Origin: an uncultured Gammaproteobacteria bacterium
Lineage (GTDB): Bacteria > Patescibacteriota > Patescibacteriia > UBA9934
Assembly: GCA_964582615.1 (NCBI GenBank)
Contig: CAZORP010000002.1
Coordinates: 38,865-102,864 of the forward strand
Reading direction: 5' to 3'
DNA length: 64,000 nt
Below, in pieces: positions 27,830 through 38,900 of this stretch. Position numbers and translations under genes: made by a program. Every line of letters begins with the position of its first letter. Position 1 is the first letter of the stretch. The notes under the pieces are model-generated. The model was given only the letters and a program-made list of their open reading frames with translations, was not told where the DNA came from and did no database searches.

Positions 27830-29635
27830 ATGAAAAAAATCGAACAGTCACCAGTTCCTCTTGCAACTATTCGAAACTACCTCATCCCATCATTTTCTGG
27901 AACCTCAAAAAAATACGTGGTTATTTTGCTATTTTTGACAATTTCTTCACTTTCGGGACTTGTTGAGCCGCTTATTTACGGAAGAATTGTTGATGAGCTC
28001 ATTGGCGGAGTGCAGGGTGAAGTTGGTGATCTTTTTATGGCAACCCTTCCGCTTCTTGGTCTTTGGATAGGGTGCGATCTTCTTCAGGGTGCAACACGTG
28101 AAGGCGCTAATCTTCTTTCGTGGAAAGTTGCTGATACAGTATGGGGTCATTTTTGGAAGGTTACCCTAGGAAGGGTACTGTCATGGGATCCTCAAAGATT
28201 CACCATGCTTCCCGCCGGAGCACTTGCAAAACAGTTAGATAACGCAGGGAATGCGGTTTGGCGAGTTTCGGGAACAACCTTACAGAGAGTCGTTCCCATG
28301 GTGCTTACCGCGGTAGTTTTTATTATCGGTGGCATGATGTTTGATTGGCGAATGACACTCGCGTCGCTTGCGGGAATTCCACTTCTTTTTTTCATGGTTT
28401 TTGTCGCGCAACGAGCGGTTGAGAAAAAACAAGACGCAATGAGTGAGGCTTGGGAGAATTTTTTGCAAAAGTTCGTTGAGATACTTGCAAACATCGTTCC
28501 CATTCAATCATTTGGAGCGGAAGATCGCATGGCTCAGATGCACATGCACATTGGTGACGAGGCGATGTTGCGACAGCGAAGGGTGAATGCACTTTGGGCG
28601 CTTCTTTCGTTTTCGACGTCATTCGCAAGATTCTTTGCCAGGTTTATTCTTCTCACGGTTGGCGTTTGGCTTATTGCACGAGAGGAGATAACTATCGGTG
28701 TTCTTATTTCGTTCATGGGAATGTTGGATATTGTGCTATCACCGTTTGAGCATATGCTCTCGGATCTTATGCGATCAATGAGTGAAACTCGTTCCGCGTT
28801 CGCGAGAGTACTCCCAGAACTCATGAAGGAAAATCTTATTCAAAGTCCTGAGACTCCAAAAAAGCTTCGCGGCATTCGTGGTGAACTTACCTTTGACCAT
28901 GTTGGATACCGCTATCCCGAAAAAGATGAAGATGCACTTATAGATATTAATCTTGAAATTCCTGCGGGAAAAAGTTTGGCCATTGTGGGAAGGTCGGGAA
29001 GTGGAAAATCAACGCTGGTAAAGTTCATCAATCGTTTTCTCGATCCAACAACCGGACGGGTGCTTTTCGATGGAAGGGATATTCGGGAGTTTTCTTTGCA
29101 GGATGTGAGAAAAAATATTGGATTCGTGCACCAAGAGTCAGTTCTTTTTAACGAGTCTCTCTATGAGAATATTCGTTTTGCAAAACCTCGCGCAACAAGA
29201 AGAGAAGTTGAAGAGGCTTGTAAAAAAGCTCAGGCGCACGAGTTTATTTCGCGACTTCCCGATGGTTACGATACGGTCATTGGGGAAAGGGGTGTTCGTC
29301 TTTCTGGCGGCGAACGACAGCGTATTGCCATTGCACGAGTTCTTCTTGCAAACCAGCCGATTCTTGTTCTTGATGAATCAACAAGCGCACTTGATTCGGA
29401 AACTGAATTTGCACTTCAGGAAGCTCTGAAGAAGGCTATGGAGGGAAGAACGACAATCATCATTGCGCATAGACTTTCAACCATTTATATGGCCGATGCC
29501 ATTGCGGTTCTTGAGCGGGGTAAGGTTGTTGAATATGGAAATCATGAGGAACTCCTCACGCGCAAAGGTGTCTACGAACGTTTGTGGAGCATGCAAAGTG
29601 GCGGATACATCACCGAATTATCATCCCTCGAATAA
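27830..29635 (+). CDS. ABC transporter, fused permease/ATPase exporter (MsbA-like); start at MKKIEQSP, since the longer frame overlaps tRNA-Cys
   Basis: Six-helix transmembrane domain, Walker A GRSGSGKST, signature LSGGERQR, Walker B ILVLDEST. Confidence 0.85.
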   Translation: MKKIEQSPVPLATIRNYLIPSFSGTSKKYVVILLFLTISSLSGLVEPLIYGRIVDELIGGVQGEVGDLFMATLPLLGLWIGCDLLQGATREGANLLSWKVADTVWGHFWKVTLGRVLSWDPQRFTMLPAGALAKQLDNAGNAVWRVSGTTLQRVVPMVLTAVVFIIGGMMFDWRMTLASLAGIPLLFFMVFVAQRAVEKKQDAMSEAWENFLQKFVEILANIVPIQSFGAEDRMAQMHMHIGDEAMLRQRRVNALWALLSFSTSFARFFARFILLTVGVWLIAREEITIGVLISFMGMLDIVLSPFEHMLSDLMRSMSETRSAFARVLPELMKENLIQSPETPKKLRGIRGELTFDHVGYRYPEKDEDALIDINLEIPAGKSLAIVGRSGSGKSTLVKFINRFLDPTTGRVLFDGRDIREFSLQDVRKNIGFVHQESVLFNESLYENIRFAKPRATRREVEEACKKAQAHEFISRLPDGYDTVIGERGVRLSGGERQRIAIARVLLANQPILVLDESTSALDSETEFALQEALKKAMEGRTTIIIAHRLSTIYMADAIAVLERGKVVEYGNHEELLTRKGVYERLWSMQSGGYITELSSLE

Positions 29636-30043
29636 AATTCTAATAATCGACTTTTCTTCCATTGCGATGAGATTTTTAGGAACAATTTTCTTTAGTGACT
29701 TTTCAAGGGACTTTGGGATAAGCTCCTGAAAAATTGGTCGATGAATTTCTGGAAGGCAAATAAGAATTTCCTGAGCCTGCTTCTTTGAAATTACTTTTTC
29801 CATGTAGGAAAAAAGATTTCCAAAAAAGGATCGCAAAGCGAGATCATCTCCAAGAGTGTCTTCAGATGTTGTTATTGGCTTTTGTTCATCAAAAGCATGA
29901 TCGTGTGCAAAAAAACAACGAGCGCGCTCATGATTGAGGATCATTACAAGGGTTTTTTGTGGGAAACCTGAGTAATGGTCAGAGATGTGCATAGCGTTAT
30001 AAAAATAATAACGAAAGTTTGGAAAAAGGGGAAGGTGTCTCAT
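29621..30043 (-). CDS. Hypothetical protein
   Basis: 140-aa ORF with no recognisable family. Confidence 0.35.
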   Translation of the reverse strand: MRHLPLFPNFRYYFYNAMHISDHYSGFPQKTLVMILNHERARCFFAHDHAFDEQKPITTSEDTLGDDLALRSFFGNLFSYMEKVISKKQAQEILICLPEIHRPIFQELIPKSLEKSLKKIVPKNLIAMEEKSIIRILFEG

Positions 30044-30069
30044 GAAAAGAGAGGTATACTAGGCTTGCT

Positions 30070-30759
30070 ATGGCGATAGAGAAAGAACTCGAGGTCTATG
30101 TTCGCGAAGTTGTCTTTGGATTAGAAGATAGCTTTGTTTCAACCATGGGCACACTCTCTGGAGTTGCTGTTGGCAGCGGTGACCGTCAAGCGGTGCTTCT
30201 TGCAGGGATTGTAGTCGTTGTCGTTGAGGCGCTTTCTATGGCGGCGGGCAGTTACCTTTCTTCAAAGTCCGCAAATGAATTGTATGAAGATCGTTTGCGA
30301 AGAGATGGTATTCGTATTTTAGACGAGCGATTAAGCGACAAAGAGTCGTTGCGAGATTTTTTTCTACGAAAAGGTTTTTCAAAGAAAGAAGTTGCGCTGG
30401 TGTTGAAGACGATGGTGAAGGAGCGTGCGCTCTGGCTTGATGAAGTCGCTCGATCATCTTATGAAACCGCTCCAGCACTTCATGAAAATCCACTTCGTGC
30501 GGCGTCGATCATGGGAGCATTTTATCTTTTGGGAGGATTTTTGGTACTCCTTCCGTACGTACTCCTTCCGCTTGCATATGCGCTTCCTGTGACGCTTTTA
30601 TTTACCGCGGGACTGCTGTTTATTCTTGGTGTATGGAAGGCGAGAATTTCAGGAACACGAGCCTTGAGCAGTGGTCTTGAAATGGTTATTGTCGCCTTTT
30701 CTGCGGGTGTCATTGGTATGATTGTAGGAAGATTGTACGTTGGAGTTTCTTTGCTATGA
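30070..30759 (+). CDS. VIT1/CCC1-family iron/manganese transporter
   Basis: FGLEDSFVSTMGTLSGVAVG...EALSMAAGSYLS followed by C-terminal transmembrane helices. Confidence 0.75.
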   Translation: MAIEKELEVYVREVVFGLEDSFVSTMGTLSGVAVGSGDRQAVLLAGIVVVVVEALSMAAGSYLSSKSANELYEDRLRRDGIRILDERLSDKESLRDFFLRKGFSKKEVALVLKTMVKERALWLDEVARSSYETAPALHENPLRAASIMGAFYLLGGFLVLLPYVLLPLAYALPVTLLFTAGLLFILGVWKARISGTRALSSGLEMVIVAFSAGVIGMIVGRLYVGVSLL

Positions 30760-31745
30760 ACTCAGCGATATTACATGGATGTGTTCGAGAGATGCCGGAA
30801 ATTCCCACGGATCTTATTTGGGTATCTCAGAAAATCTCCTCTCTTCGTGAATTGAGAGGGTCTGTTGTTGTGATTTATGTTTGGAATGCAAGTACGTTTG
30901 CGTCGTACGATCTTCCTGAGCGCATGGAGCGCCTGCATGATGCGTATAAAGATCGAGGTGTTCAGGTTATTGGAATTCACGAGCCAGAACTTCATCGGGA
31001 ACGGGACGTTGAAATCGTGAAAGATATTTGGAAGCGTCACGAACTTCATCATGCGTGTGCACATGATGAAAAAAGAATGGTGAGCAGAAGATTTGGCCAA
31101 CGAAGCCCACTTCGCTTTATCGTTCTTGGAGTTGATGGCTGTGTGGTGTATGAACACGCGGGTGATCGTATGAATGCGGCGTTAGAGCTCGCTATTCAAG
31201 AGGCGCTTCCACGTGCTTCATCAGAAAAACTTCCTGCACTTTCTTACGACTCAGCATTTTCTGGGGAACATCTTTATCCATCACAAGCTGATGACTATCT
31301 CGGATATCTCCAGTCTCACTACGAAGTTTCAAAAGACTTTTTTCCTCAGCGAGTGTGCGCCTTTACTGACTCTGGCAAAGATCGCATGGCACTGCATGGT
31401 CACTGGAGTGTTCGTGAAGAATGTTGTGTGCATGAAGTTGCTACGTCTGGGTATCGCGAGTATCTTCGCGTTCGATATCGAGCGCTGGGCGTTGCTCTTT
31501 TTGCAGAGTCAAAAAAATCCGCCCTTCTTGAAGTAACACAGGGAAAACTCCCTATATCGCATGATTTTATTGGAAGAGATGTGGTGGTAAAAAATGATAA
31601 GACGTATATTCAGGTCGATAGACCGAGGTTATATGAAATTATAAAAGCACCTGTATATCACGAGGGAAGTCTTGAAATTCTCGTTGCAAACGCTGACGTT
31701 TCCCTGTACGTTGTCCGCTATAGAACCGTCGATACTGTTGTATGA
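30756..31745 (+). CDS. Thioredoxin-fold (redoxin-like) N-domain protein with an uncharacterised C-terminal domain
   Basis: VVVIYVWNASTFASYDLPERMERLHDAYKDRGVQVIGIH resembles an AhpC/TSA fold but lacks the Cys pair. Confidence 0.45.
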   Translation: MNSAILHGCVREMPEIPTDLIWVSQKISSLRELRGSVVVIYVWNASTFASYDLPERMERLHDAYKDRGVQVIGIHEPELHRERDVEIVKDIWKRHELHHACAHDEKRMVSRRFGQRSPLRFIVLGVDGCVVYEHAGDRMNAALELAIQEALPRASSEKLPALSYDSAFSGEHLYPSQADDYLGYLQSHYEVSKDFFPQRVCAFTDSGKDRMALHGHWSVREECCVHEVATSGYREYLRVRYRALGVALFAESKKSALLEVTQGKLPISHDFIGRDVVVKNDKTYIQVDRPRLYEIIKAPVYHEGSLEILVANADVSLYVVRYRTVDTVV

Positions 31746-32848
31746 AGAGAATTTATCTTGACTACGCCGCCGCGACCCCTATCGATCCACGCGTCCTAGA
31801 GGTCATGTTGCCATTCTTTTCTCAACACTTTGGAAACCCCTCAAGCATTCACAAGGAAGGGGTTATTGCTCAGGAGGCCATTCGTTGTGCGCGTGGACAT
31901 GTTGCGACGCTTCTTCGTGCTCGACCTGAAGAAATTATTTTTACCAGCGGAACAACCGAGTCAATCAATCTCGCCATGCAGGGATTTCTCAAAGCCCACG
32001 GGGGAGGCGTTGCACGATCGTCGTTTGAGCATCGCTCGGGTTTTTCCTCGTCACATGCAAAGGTTTTTTCTTCGGTGGATGAATTTCAAGATTTACTTCA
32101 AGGTGGAGTGAGTCTTTTTTCCATGCTCTGGGTGAATAATGAAACAGGTGCTATATCGCCAATTCACACCTACGCCCAACAGCTTCAACGAACCGCTAAG
32201 CGTCTTGGCGTGAGGGCTTTTTTTCATGTTGACGCGGCTCAAGCAGTTGGAACTGAGGATATTTCTTGTGAAAAAACTCCCTATGATTTCTTAAGTTTTG
32301 GTTCTGCGAAAATTTACGGACCAAAAGGTGTTGGAGCGTTGTTTATAAGAAAGGGGACGCCATTTTTCCGTTTGTGGGAGGGTGGAAATCAAGAACAGGG
32401 ACTTCGTCCGGGAACTGAAAATGTTCCGGGAATTGTTGGTTTTGGAGAGGCGTGTCGTCTCCTTACACAAGAGCGTCATGATCGAAGGATAAAACTTTCG
32501 CATCTACGTAATGAATTTATCTCTCATCTTACAAAACATGGTATTCGTTTTCGAATAAACGATGGAGAGCATGAAAGTCCTGCCATTGTAAGCGTTACAT
32601 TTTTTGGAACAGTAGCCGAAGAGATCGTTCTTCGTCTTGATGCGGTTGGGGTTGCGTGTTCTGCCGCGGCCGCCTGTAAGCGGGCGGGTGAGCGAAGTGC
32701 GGTATTGCGTGCACTTGGAATGCCCGAGGAGGAAATTGGCGCGACGGTGAGATTTTCTTTTGGTCTTGGCCTTTCTCTTGAGGATATTCAATCTTCCGCC
32801 ATGTTGACGGCTCAAGTTGTGAAACGTATGCTACGGGAAGATGTATGA
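31742..32848 (+). CDS. Cysteine desulfurase-like class V aminotransferase (NifS/IscS family)
   Basis: LDYAAATPIDPRVLEVM..., SFGSAKIYGPKGVGALFIRKG (PLP lysine), Cys loop ACSAAAACKRA. Confidence 0.8.
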   Translation: MKRIYLDYAAATPIDPRVLEVMLPFFSQHFGNPSSIHKEGVIAQEAIRCARGHVATLLRARPEEIIFTSGTTESINLAMQGFLKAHGGGVARSSFEHRSGFSSSHAKVFSSVDEFQDLLQGGVSLFSMLWVNNETGAISPIHTYAQQLQRTAKRLGVRAFFHVDAAQAVGTEDISCEKTPYDFLSFGSAKIYGPKGVGALFIRKGTPFFRLWEGGNQEQGLRPGTENVPGIVGFGEACRLLTQERHDRRIKLSHLRNEFISHLTKHGIRFRINDGEHESPAIVSVTFFGTVAEEIVLRLDAVGVACSAAAACKRAGERSAVLRALGMPEEEIGATVRFSFGLGLSLEDIQSSAMLTAQVVKRMLREDV

Positions 32849-33105
32849 AATACCGCATTGTTGTAGACCCTGATTTGTGTATCGGTGCCGCAAGTTGTGC
32901 AACGCTTGCGCCTCTTGCTTTTGTGATGAATGGCGAAAATAAAGCAGAAGTTCTTGATCATGGAAATGATCATGGAATCCCATCTTTTTCTCGAGAAGTT
33001 GATTTGTCTGAGGATGAGCTCGAGACGGTTATCATGGGTGCCCAATCTTGTCCTACGATGGCAATTGAGATTTTTGATGCCGAGGGAACGAGGCTTTACC
33101 CGTAG
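32845..33105 (+). CDS. Small [Fe-S] ferredoxin
   Basis: VDPDLCIGAASCATLAP...QSCPTMAI. Confidence 0.65.
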   Translation: MKYRIVVDPDLCIGAASCATLAPLAFVMNGENKAEVLDHGNDHGIPSFSREVDLSEDELETVIMGAQSCPTMAIEIFDAEGTRLYP

Positions 33106-33108
33106 TAC

Positions 33109-34272
33109 ATGAGAAAGACCGTAGTAATCGTTGGTGGAGGAATTGCAGGTGTTACCGTCGCTGAAACGCTGAGACTAAAAGGCGGGGATTTTCGTATTCT
33201 CATTCTTGAGAAAGAGTCTGAGCCACTCTACTCGCGAGTACTTTTGCCGCACTATATTAAGGGCGCCATTCCTCGGGAGAAGCTTTTTTTAAAAAGTTGG
33301 TCTTGGTATGAGTCCATGGGAATAGAATATCTTCACGGTCCATCTGGAACGGTTGAGAAAATTCTCGCTCAAGAAAAAAAAGTACTGCTTTTGGATGGGG
33401 GAACTATTGATTTTGACATTCTCATCCTTGCAACGGGAACCTCTCCAAGAATTCCCGAATCCCTGCCTCCTCGCGCGCATACACTATTTACACTTGCCGA
33501 TGCAGAATCCTTGAAAGAGGATCTTGAACGTATTCCTCGCGGTGAGGAGGCACTTGTTCTTGGTGGAGGTTTTATCGCTTCAGAACTGCTCACGATTTTT
33601 GCAAAAAGAAACATTCCTACAAAACTTATTCTTCGTGGATCAGGCTTTTGGTCATCCATGTTACTTCCCGAAGCTCAGGAGTATGTTTTGGAAAAAGTTC
33701 AAAATTCCGGGGTTGATATTGAGCACAATCAAGGAAATGGTATGTTGTTTTCCCATGAGCGAGGAGTTCGTTTTTTGGGAGAGTTTGGGGATGAATTTTT
33801 TGGATATTGTGCAGGAGTTGCAATTGGTGCGTCTCCAGAGCTTGCACTTGCACATTCTGCCGGAATTACGTGTACTGAGGGTGTTGTAACGCAACAGGGA
33901 AAAACATCTTGTGAGGATATTTTTGCAGTTGGTGATGTCGCAGAATCTTCCGAAGGGTATGCGTGGGCTCCTGCTCGATTGCATGGAAATTGGGCGCACG
34001 CACAGCAAGAAGCTCGCGCACTTGGAGCCTATCTTGCAACGGGAGAGTGGCTGAATGTGCCAATCTCTCAATACAGTACGTCAATGGCCGGTGGTCACTT
34101 TGCGTTTCTTGGAGATACAAGAAAGGTTGTCGCCGATGAACTTCGAGGGTATTTTCAAGGAGGCGGCTATGTGCAGGAATTTATAAAAGAGGGTATGCTC
34201 GTTGGGTGCGCACTTCTTTGGGATGTTCGCGAACGCGCGACCCACATGGCTCGCCTCGGAAAGCTTGTGTAA
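33109..34272 (+). CDS. FAD-dependent pyridine nucleotide-disulfide oxidoreductase (ferredoxin-reductase-like)
   Basis: VVIVGGGIAGVTVAE...; second Rossmann motif ALVLGGGFIASELL; FAVGDVAE. Confidence 0.8.
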   Translation: MRKTVVIVGGGIAGVTVAETLRLKGGDFRILILEKESEPLYSRVLLPHYIKGAIPREKLFLKSWSWYESMGIEYLHGPSGTVEKILAQEKKVLLLDGGTIDFDILILATGTSPRIPESLPPRAHTLFTLADAESLKEDLERIPRGEEALVLGGGFIASELLTIFAKRNIPTKLILRGSGFWSSMLLPEAQEYVLEKVQNSGVDIEHNQGNGMLFSHERGVRFLGEFGDEFFGYCAGVAIGASPELALAHSAGITCTEGVVTQQGKTSCEDIFAVGDVAESSEGYAWAPARLHGNWAHAQQEARALGAYLATGEWLNVPISQYSTSMAGGHFAFLGDTRKVVADELRGYFQGGGYVQEFIKEGMLVGCALLWDVRERATHMARLGKLV

Positions 34273-34276
34273 CGTT

Positions 34277-35350
34277 ATGCATTATCTTGACTCTGAAAAA
34301 TCTTATCTCCTTCACGATGCTGACGATGTTGGTTTTGGTATAGATCGTCTTTCTGAACAGCTTCGCATAGCTTGGCATGACGCCCAAGCCCTCATATTTC
34401 CTAAGCGATACGCAAAAAGTACAGGTATCGCTTGTGTTGGTATGGGTGGTTCTGCGCTTGGAGCCGAGATGGCTGAAATGGTTGCTCTTAAAAGAGCAAA
34501 GGTTCCCATGGCGATTGTCCGAGACTATCAACTGCCTGCATGGATACAGCAAAAAACTCTTGTTATTTTAGTGAGTTTTTCTGGATCAACTGAAGAGGTT
34601 CTTGCCGCCGCAGAGGATGCCTTGCGAAGAAAATCAAATATCGTAGTTGTTGCCACGGGAGGGCCTTTGGTAATGTGGGCGGAAGAACAGGGGATTCCTG
34701 CATACACATTTTCTCCCGGAGAGCTTGCAAAACAGCCGCGCTTTGGAACAGGATTTCTTTTTGCGGGAATTCTTGGAATACTTGCAAAGAATAGCCTTAT
34801 TTCCCTTAAGGAGGACGAGCTTCGTCGTGGACTTTCTGCGATGAGTGAAGTTACCGATCTTTGCGCAAGTGACGTAGGATTTTCTGAAAATCCTGCCAAG
34901 CAAGTTGCTGATGCACTTTCTGAAAGAGAGGTCATTGTGTTTGCCGCCGAGCATCTCTGCGCACATGCGCACGTGCTTGTAAATAATCTTCATGAAACTG
35001 CAAAACAACGAGCGGTAGTTGAGCTTCTTCCCGAGGCAAACCACCACCTTCTTGAAAGTTTTTCTCATCCACAAGGGAGTGCTGACCGTACGACTGGGCT
35101 TTTCTTTCACTCAGAACTTTATCACCCGCGCATTCGCCGAAGAACGGCGCTAACCGCTGATATTCTTGAAGAGCGTGGTGTTCGAGTTGTGGATTACGTT
35201 GCTCGTGGAAAAGATTTTTTTGAAGAAATGTGTGAAGTTTTGCAGTTTTCTTATTACGTAGCGTGGTACACGGCGATTCTTCACAAAGAATGTACGACGG
35301 AGATTCCTTACGTTGATGCCTTTAAGCAGGCTATGGCAAAAAAGGGGTAG
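34277..35350 (+). CDS. Bifunctional phosphoglucose/phosphomannose isomerase (archaeal-type, SIS domains); start at MHYLDSEKSY
   Basis: GMGGSALGAEM and LVILVSFSGSTEE SIS motifs. Confidence 0.7.
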   Translation: MHYLDSEKSYLLHDADDVGFGIDRLSEQLRIAWHDAQALIFPKRYAKSTGIACVGMGGSALGAEMAEMVALKRAKVPMAIVRDYQLPAWIQQKTLVILVSFSGSTEEVLAAAEDALRRKSNIVVVATGGPLVMWAEEQGIPAYTFSPGELAKQPRFGTGFLFAGILGILAKNSLISLKEDELRRGLSAMSEVTDLCASDVGFSENPAKQVADALSEREVIVFAAEHLCAHAHVLVNNLHETAKQRAVVELLPEANHHLLESFSHPQGSADRTTGLFFHSELYHPRIRRRTALTADILEERGVRVVDYVARGKDFFEEMCEVLQFSYYVAWYTAILHKECTTEIPYVDAFKQAMAKKG

Positions 35351-35351
35351 T

Positions 35352-35645
35352 ATGTTTTTTGGGAAGGATACTCGGGTTGCGGGGGAGCTTGATATCGTCG
35401 CTCTTCAAAGAGAGCTTCCCTTTGTTGATCTTCACGGATGTACATCGGAAAATTTTTCTTGGGACCTTGATCTTGCGTTATTTCGAGAGAAAGAGCGTTA
35501 CTTGAGGGTTATTTTTGGTCATGGATCGGGGATTCTTAGAAAAGCAGTTCTTTTGCACTTACAGGATTTAGCCGAGAGAGATCGTCCATTTCTGCGTGGT
35601 GTCATGCTTGAATCACATGGGGGAAGTTGCATTGTTGCGTTGTAA
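35352..35645 (+). CDS. Smr-domain protein (start at MFFGKDTRV)
   Basis: LDLHGCTSENF...IFGHGSGILRKAV Smr signature. Confidence 0.65.
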   Translation: MFFGKDTRVAGELDIVALQRELPFVDLHGCTSENFSWDLDLALFREKERYLRVIFGHGSGILRKAVLLHLQDLAERDRPFLRGVMLESHGGSCIVAL

Positions 35646-35687
35646 ATTTGTCAGAACTTCAAAAATACCGTACCCTAGCTCGTGCTT

Positions 35688-35777
<90 letters not shown>

Positions 35778-35796
35778 GGACAGTGTTTTATCAAGA

Positions 35797-35880
35797 AACT
35801 CACGTGCGTTTCGTGCACGTGAGGCGTCTCTAGAGCCTTGTCCTAAACAAAACAACCCTTTGCGGGGTTGTTTTGTTGTA
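35797..35880 (+). terminator. Two strong hairpins downstream of tRNA-Ser
   Basis: CTCACGTGC-gtttcgt-GCACGTGAG, then AACAAAACAACCC-ctttgc-GGGGTTGTTTTGTT. Confidence 0.4.
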
Positions 35881-35981
35881 TTGGAAGGTGCTTTACAGAA
35901 CAGAGGGTGACGGATATGGCGGCTGGATATGCCTATGGCGTATATCGGTACTTTCTATTTGCTATACTTTTATAAAATAGT

Positions 35982-38900
35982 ATGCAGGAAAAAGAGAGAA
36001 GTTCGAAAAGATTTGAAGTCAAGCTTGGTCTTCAAGAGGTTGCTGAAAATGAGGAAGAGCAAAAGCTCAAAATAGACGGCTTAGTTGATGCGTTATTTTT
36101 AGCCATAGAAAAAAATGACCCCTATTTCCAGACATCGTTTGCACGATCGGAAATGACACACATAATGAATGGACTATTTTCCCCTCGAGATCGGGAGTAT
36201 TTTCTTGTTGGTGTTCTTAAAAAAAATCCTGAGCTTGCGTTGGGTTTTGGAAAATTTTTTCAAGAGTCCGAATCGATTGTATTGAAATATTTATGTGATG
36301 AAAATCTTGATGAATCGACAAGGTTGAGAATTTCTGAAGCGGCAATCGGGGCCTTTGATGTTATACATAACATACGTCTTTTAGAGGCTATCGAGAAACA
36401 GCTTTCATTTGAAAGTTTGTGGAGATTTAGGAAAAAATTTGGATATAGCGACGAATCTTTTGTGAGAATGCATGGAGTTATTAGTTTTATTAGGAATAGA
36501 TTTTTTTCTGATATTCCTTCTTGGCTAAGAGAGGAAATAAAACGCAAATCTCTAGAGGTTATTGTCTATTCAGATGAGTTTATATTTTGGGAGATCATGG
36601 ACAATCTAGAAAATATCGGAATTTCTCACGATGAAATTTACGATAAATTCGCTTCAAAGGGAAAGCTTCATGTACTTGCCCCCTATGTAAAACTCTTCTC
36701 AAGAGAAAAGCATGAGGGCATCCTTGAGTCATGTCTTAAACACGATAAACATTCTCTTAATAAATATTGGCAAAATTTTTATATTCATGATTTAAGAAAA
36801 TTTCTTAAAAGAGTTCTTGATTTAGACTGTGAGATTTTTGGATTTGATGCGCGTAGCTTCTCTTCGTTCTTCAGTCGGCGCCAAGAATTTTTTCACGAAG
36901 AAGAGTCTCATGCGGAAGGTTATTCGCATGATCTTCAAGGTGAATATGAGGCTTGTATAAATTTTTTTATAGAAAGCTCCTTGCCAAAAGAATTCTTTGA
37001 ATTTTGCAAACTTCAAAAAATTCACATCCAAGAAGATTGGATTAAAAGAATTGCAGAAAAATATAAGGGGGATTTATTCATTATCCAAAATCTTCCCATG
37101 TTGCGACATATTAGAAAACTTCCAGAGATTTCTTCTTTGTCAATTCATGAATTTTTAGATTCGTATTTTCGCTATAATCTTGGCGAAGCACCGATTGTAG
37201 AGATCTTCTTAAGAAGACATGATTTTCCAGAATTAGTCACTAATGAAACATTTCTCGCATACTTTGGTAATACGAAATTCTTTTGGAAGAATTTTGAAGC
37301 GCTTGATATTCCAAATAAAGAAAAATTTTTACGAGTATCATACATAAGCGATGCCTTACTAGAACATTTTGAAGCTTTGAATGAGCCTACGAAGAAAATT
37401 CTCGTTCGCAATCTTCTAGATGAATGTTTGCATCACCAAGGCCTGATTAATATCGAGAATTTTTTTCAAAATGAAGAAAAAAGAAAATACCTCAGCGACA
37501 AGGATATTGTTGATGTTATTTTCGGCAACGATACTCGTTTTTACTGGAGCCAAGATTTTCTTCAAGATTTATTGATGAGTCGAAGGAACTCAAAAGAACT
37601 TGCGCAGAAGATTCTTGAAGGTAATCTTTCTGAAGGTCGTCAAGAAGAAGAGTGGAATGCTTACACTATTAATTTTATACTGACAAATTTTGAGGTAAAA
37701 ATACATGATAAGCCTTTTCTTTTTTGTAAAGAAAATATTGGTAATTTCTTTTCAAAAAAAACCTATCATGCAGTTAAAGATATTTTTCTTGGAAAAAAAG
37801 ATTCAGAAGCTTGCGCGGATTTCTGTATCACCGAAAGCGGTGATAAAGCACTTCTACAACTTCGAAAAAAAATTCAAGAGATGAAGTTGCGAATGTATAA
37901 TCCAAATTTTCTTGATAAAGACCTTTTTGAAAATAATGTCTATCTTGAAATTTTTAAAAATGCGGTAAGATTTTCTGAGGCACAATTTCATGGCGATAAT
38001 CCCACGATTCATAGAATTATTTCAAATTTTTACAATGCAGAATCTTTAGGTGAAGTGAAGTCCCTTGATCCCTATTATCAATACAATTTATCAGAGAAGG
38101 TAGAAAGGCTTCGTACTGTTAAAGTTGAAGATTTTTCTGATGGTTCACGAGTTCGGTATGGGTATCTCAAAAGTCGCATTATGGCGGCGGGTGAATTAGC
38201 AAAAAGGAGTGATATTTTTTCTTTTTCAGTGAAAAAAATTGAAGAAAAAATTTCTCATGAAATCAAGCGTCTCAACGATCTTCTTGAAAAACTAAAAAAC
38301 CCCATCGCTCGTGAGAATGTTTTTAAAAAAATTCTAGATTTACAGAATATCAAGCTAAGAAGTTTGGAAAGTTTTCAGGAAAATTTTCACAAGATCTGTT
38401 CTGAAAATATTGCCAATGACGATGTTCTTGAAATGCTTTTTGCGTATGCGCTTCGGAAAGTGCCAGACAACCAATCTCCGCTCATCGCTTTGCGAGGATC
38501 CAAGAGTCCTAGCATCGAGGATATGAGTCGAGTTGTTGAGTTCTGCGAACATGTTGTTGTTGATATGGTTTGGAAGAGATTTTTTACTCAAAAAGAGTAT
38601 AGAAAAACACTTTTTGGCATAGCTAATTGCAATGCACTCACAGACGAGATTGTTCGTTCGCAAAATGCCGAGTCGAGGGGTTTTATCGATATGGAATTCT
38701 TTGCTACGAGAGGGATTCTTATGGAGTTTTCTGGTCACTTCTCCGATGCATGTTGGGCTGGAAAATATGGTAGCATCGCCAAAAATTTTCCTAACATGTT
38801 TACGTCAGTTTTTGTACAAAATAAAGGAACGAAGTACGAGCGTATAGTCGGATGTTCAATGTTTATTGAAACGGTTGCCGTTGATGGGACTCCGCTTCTT

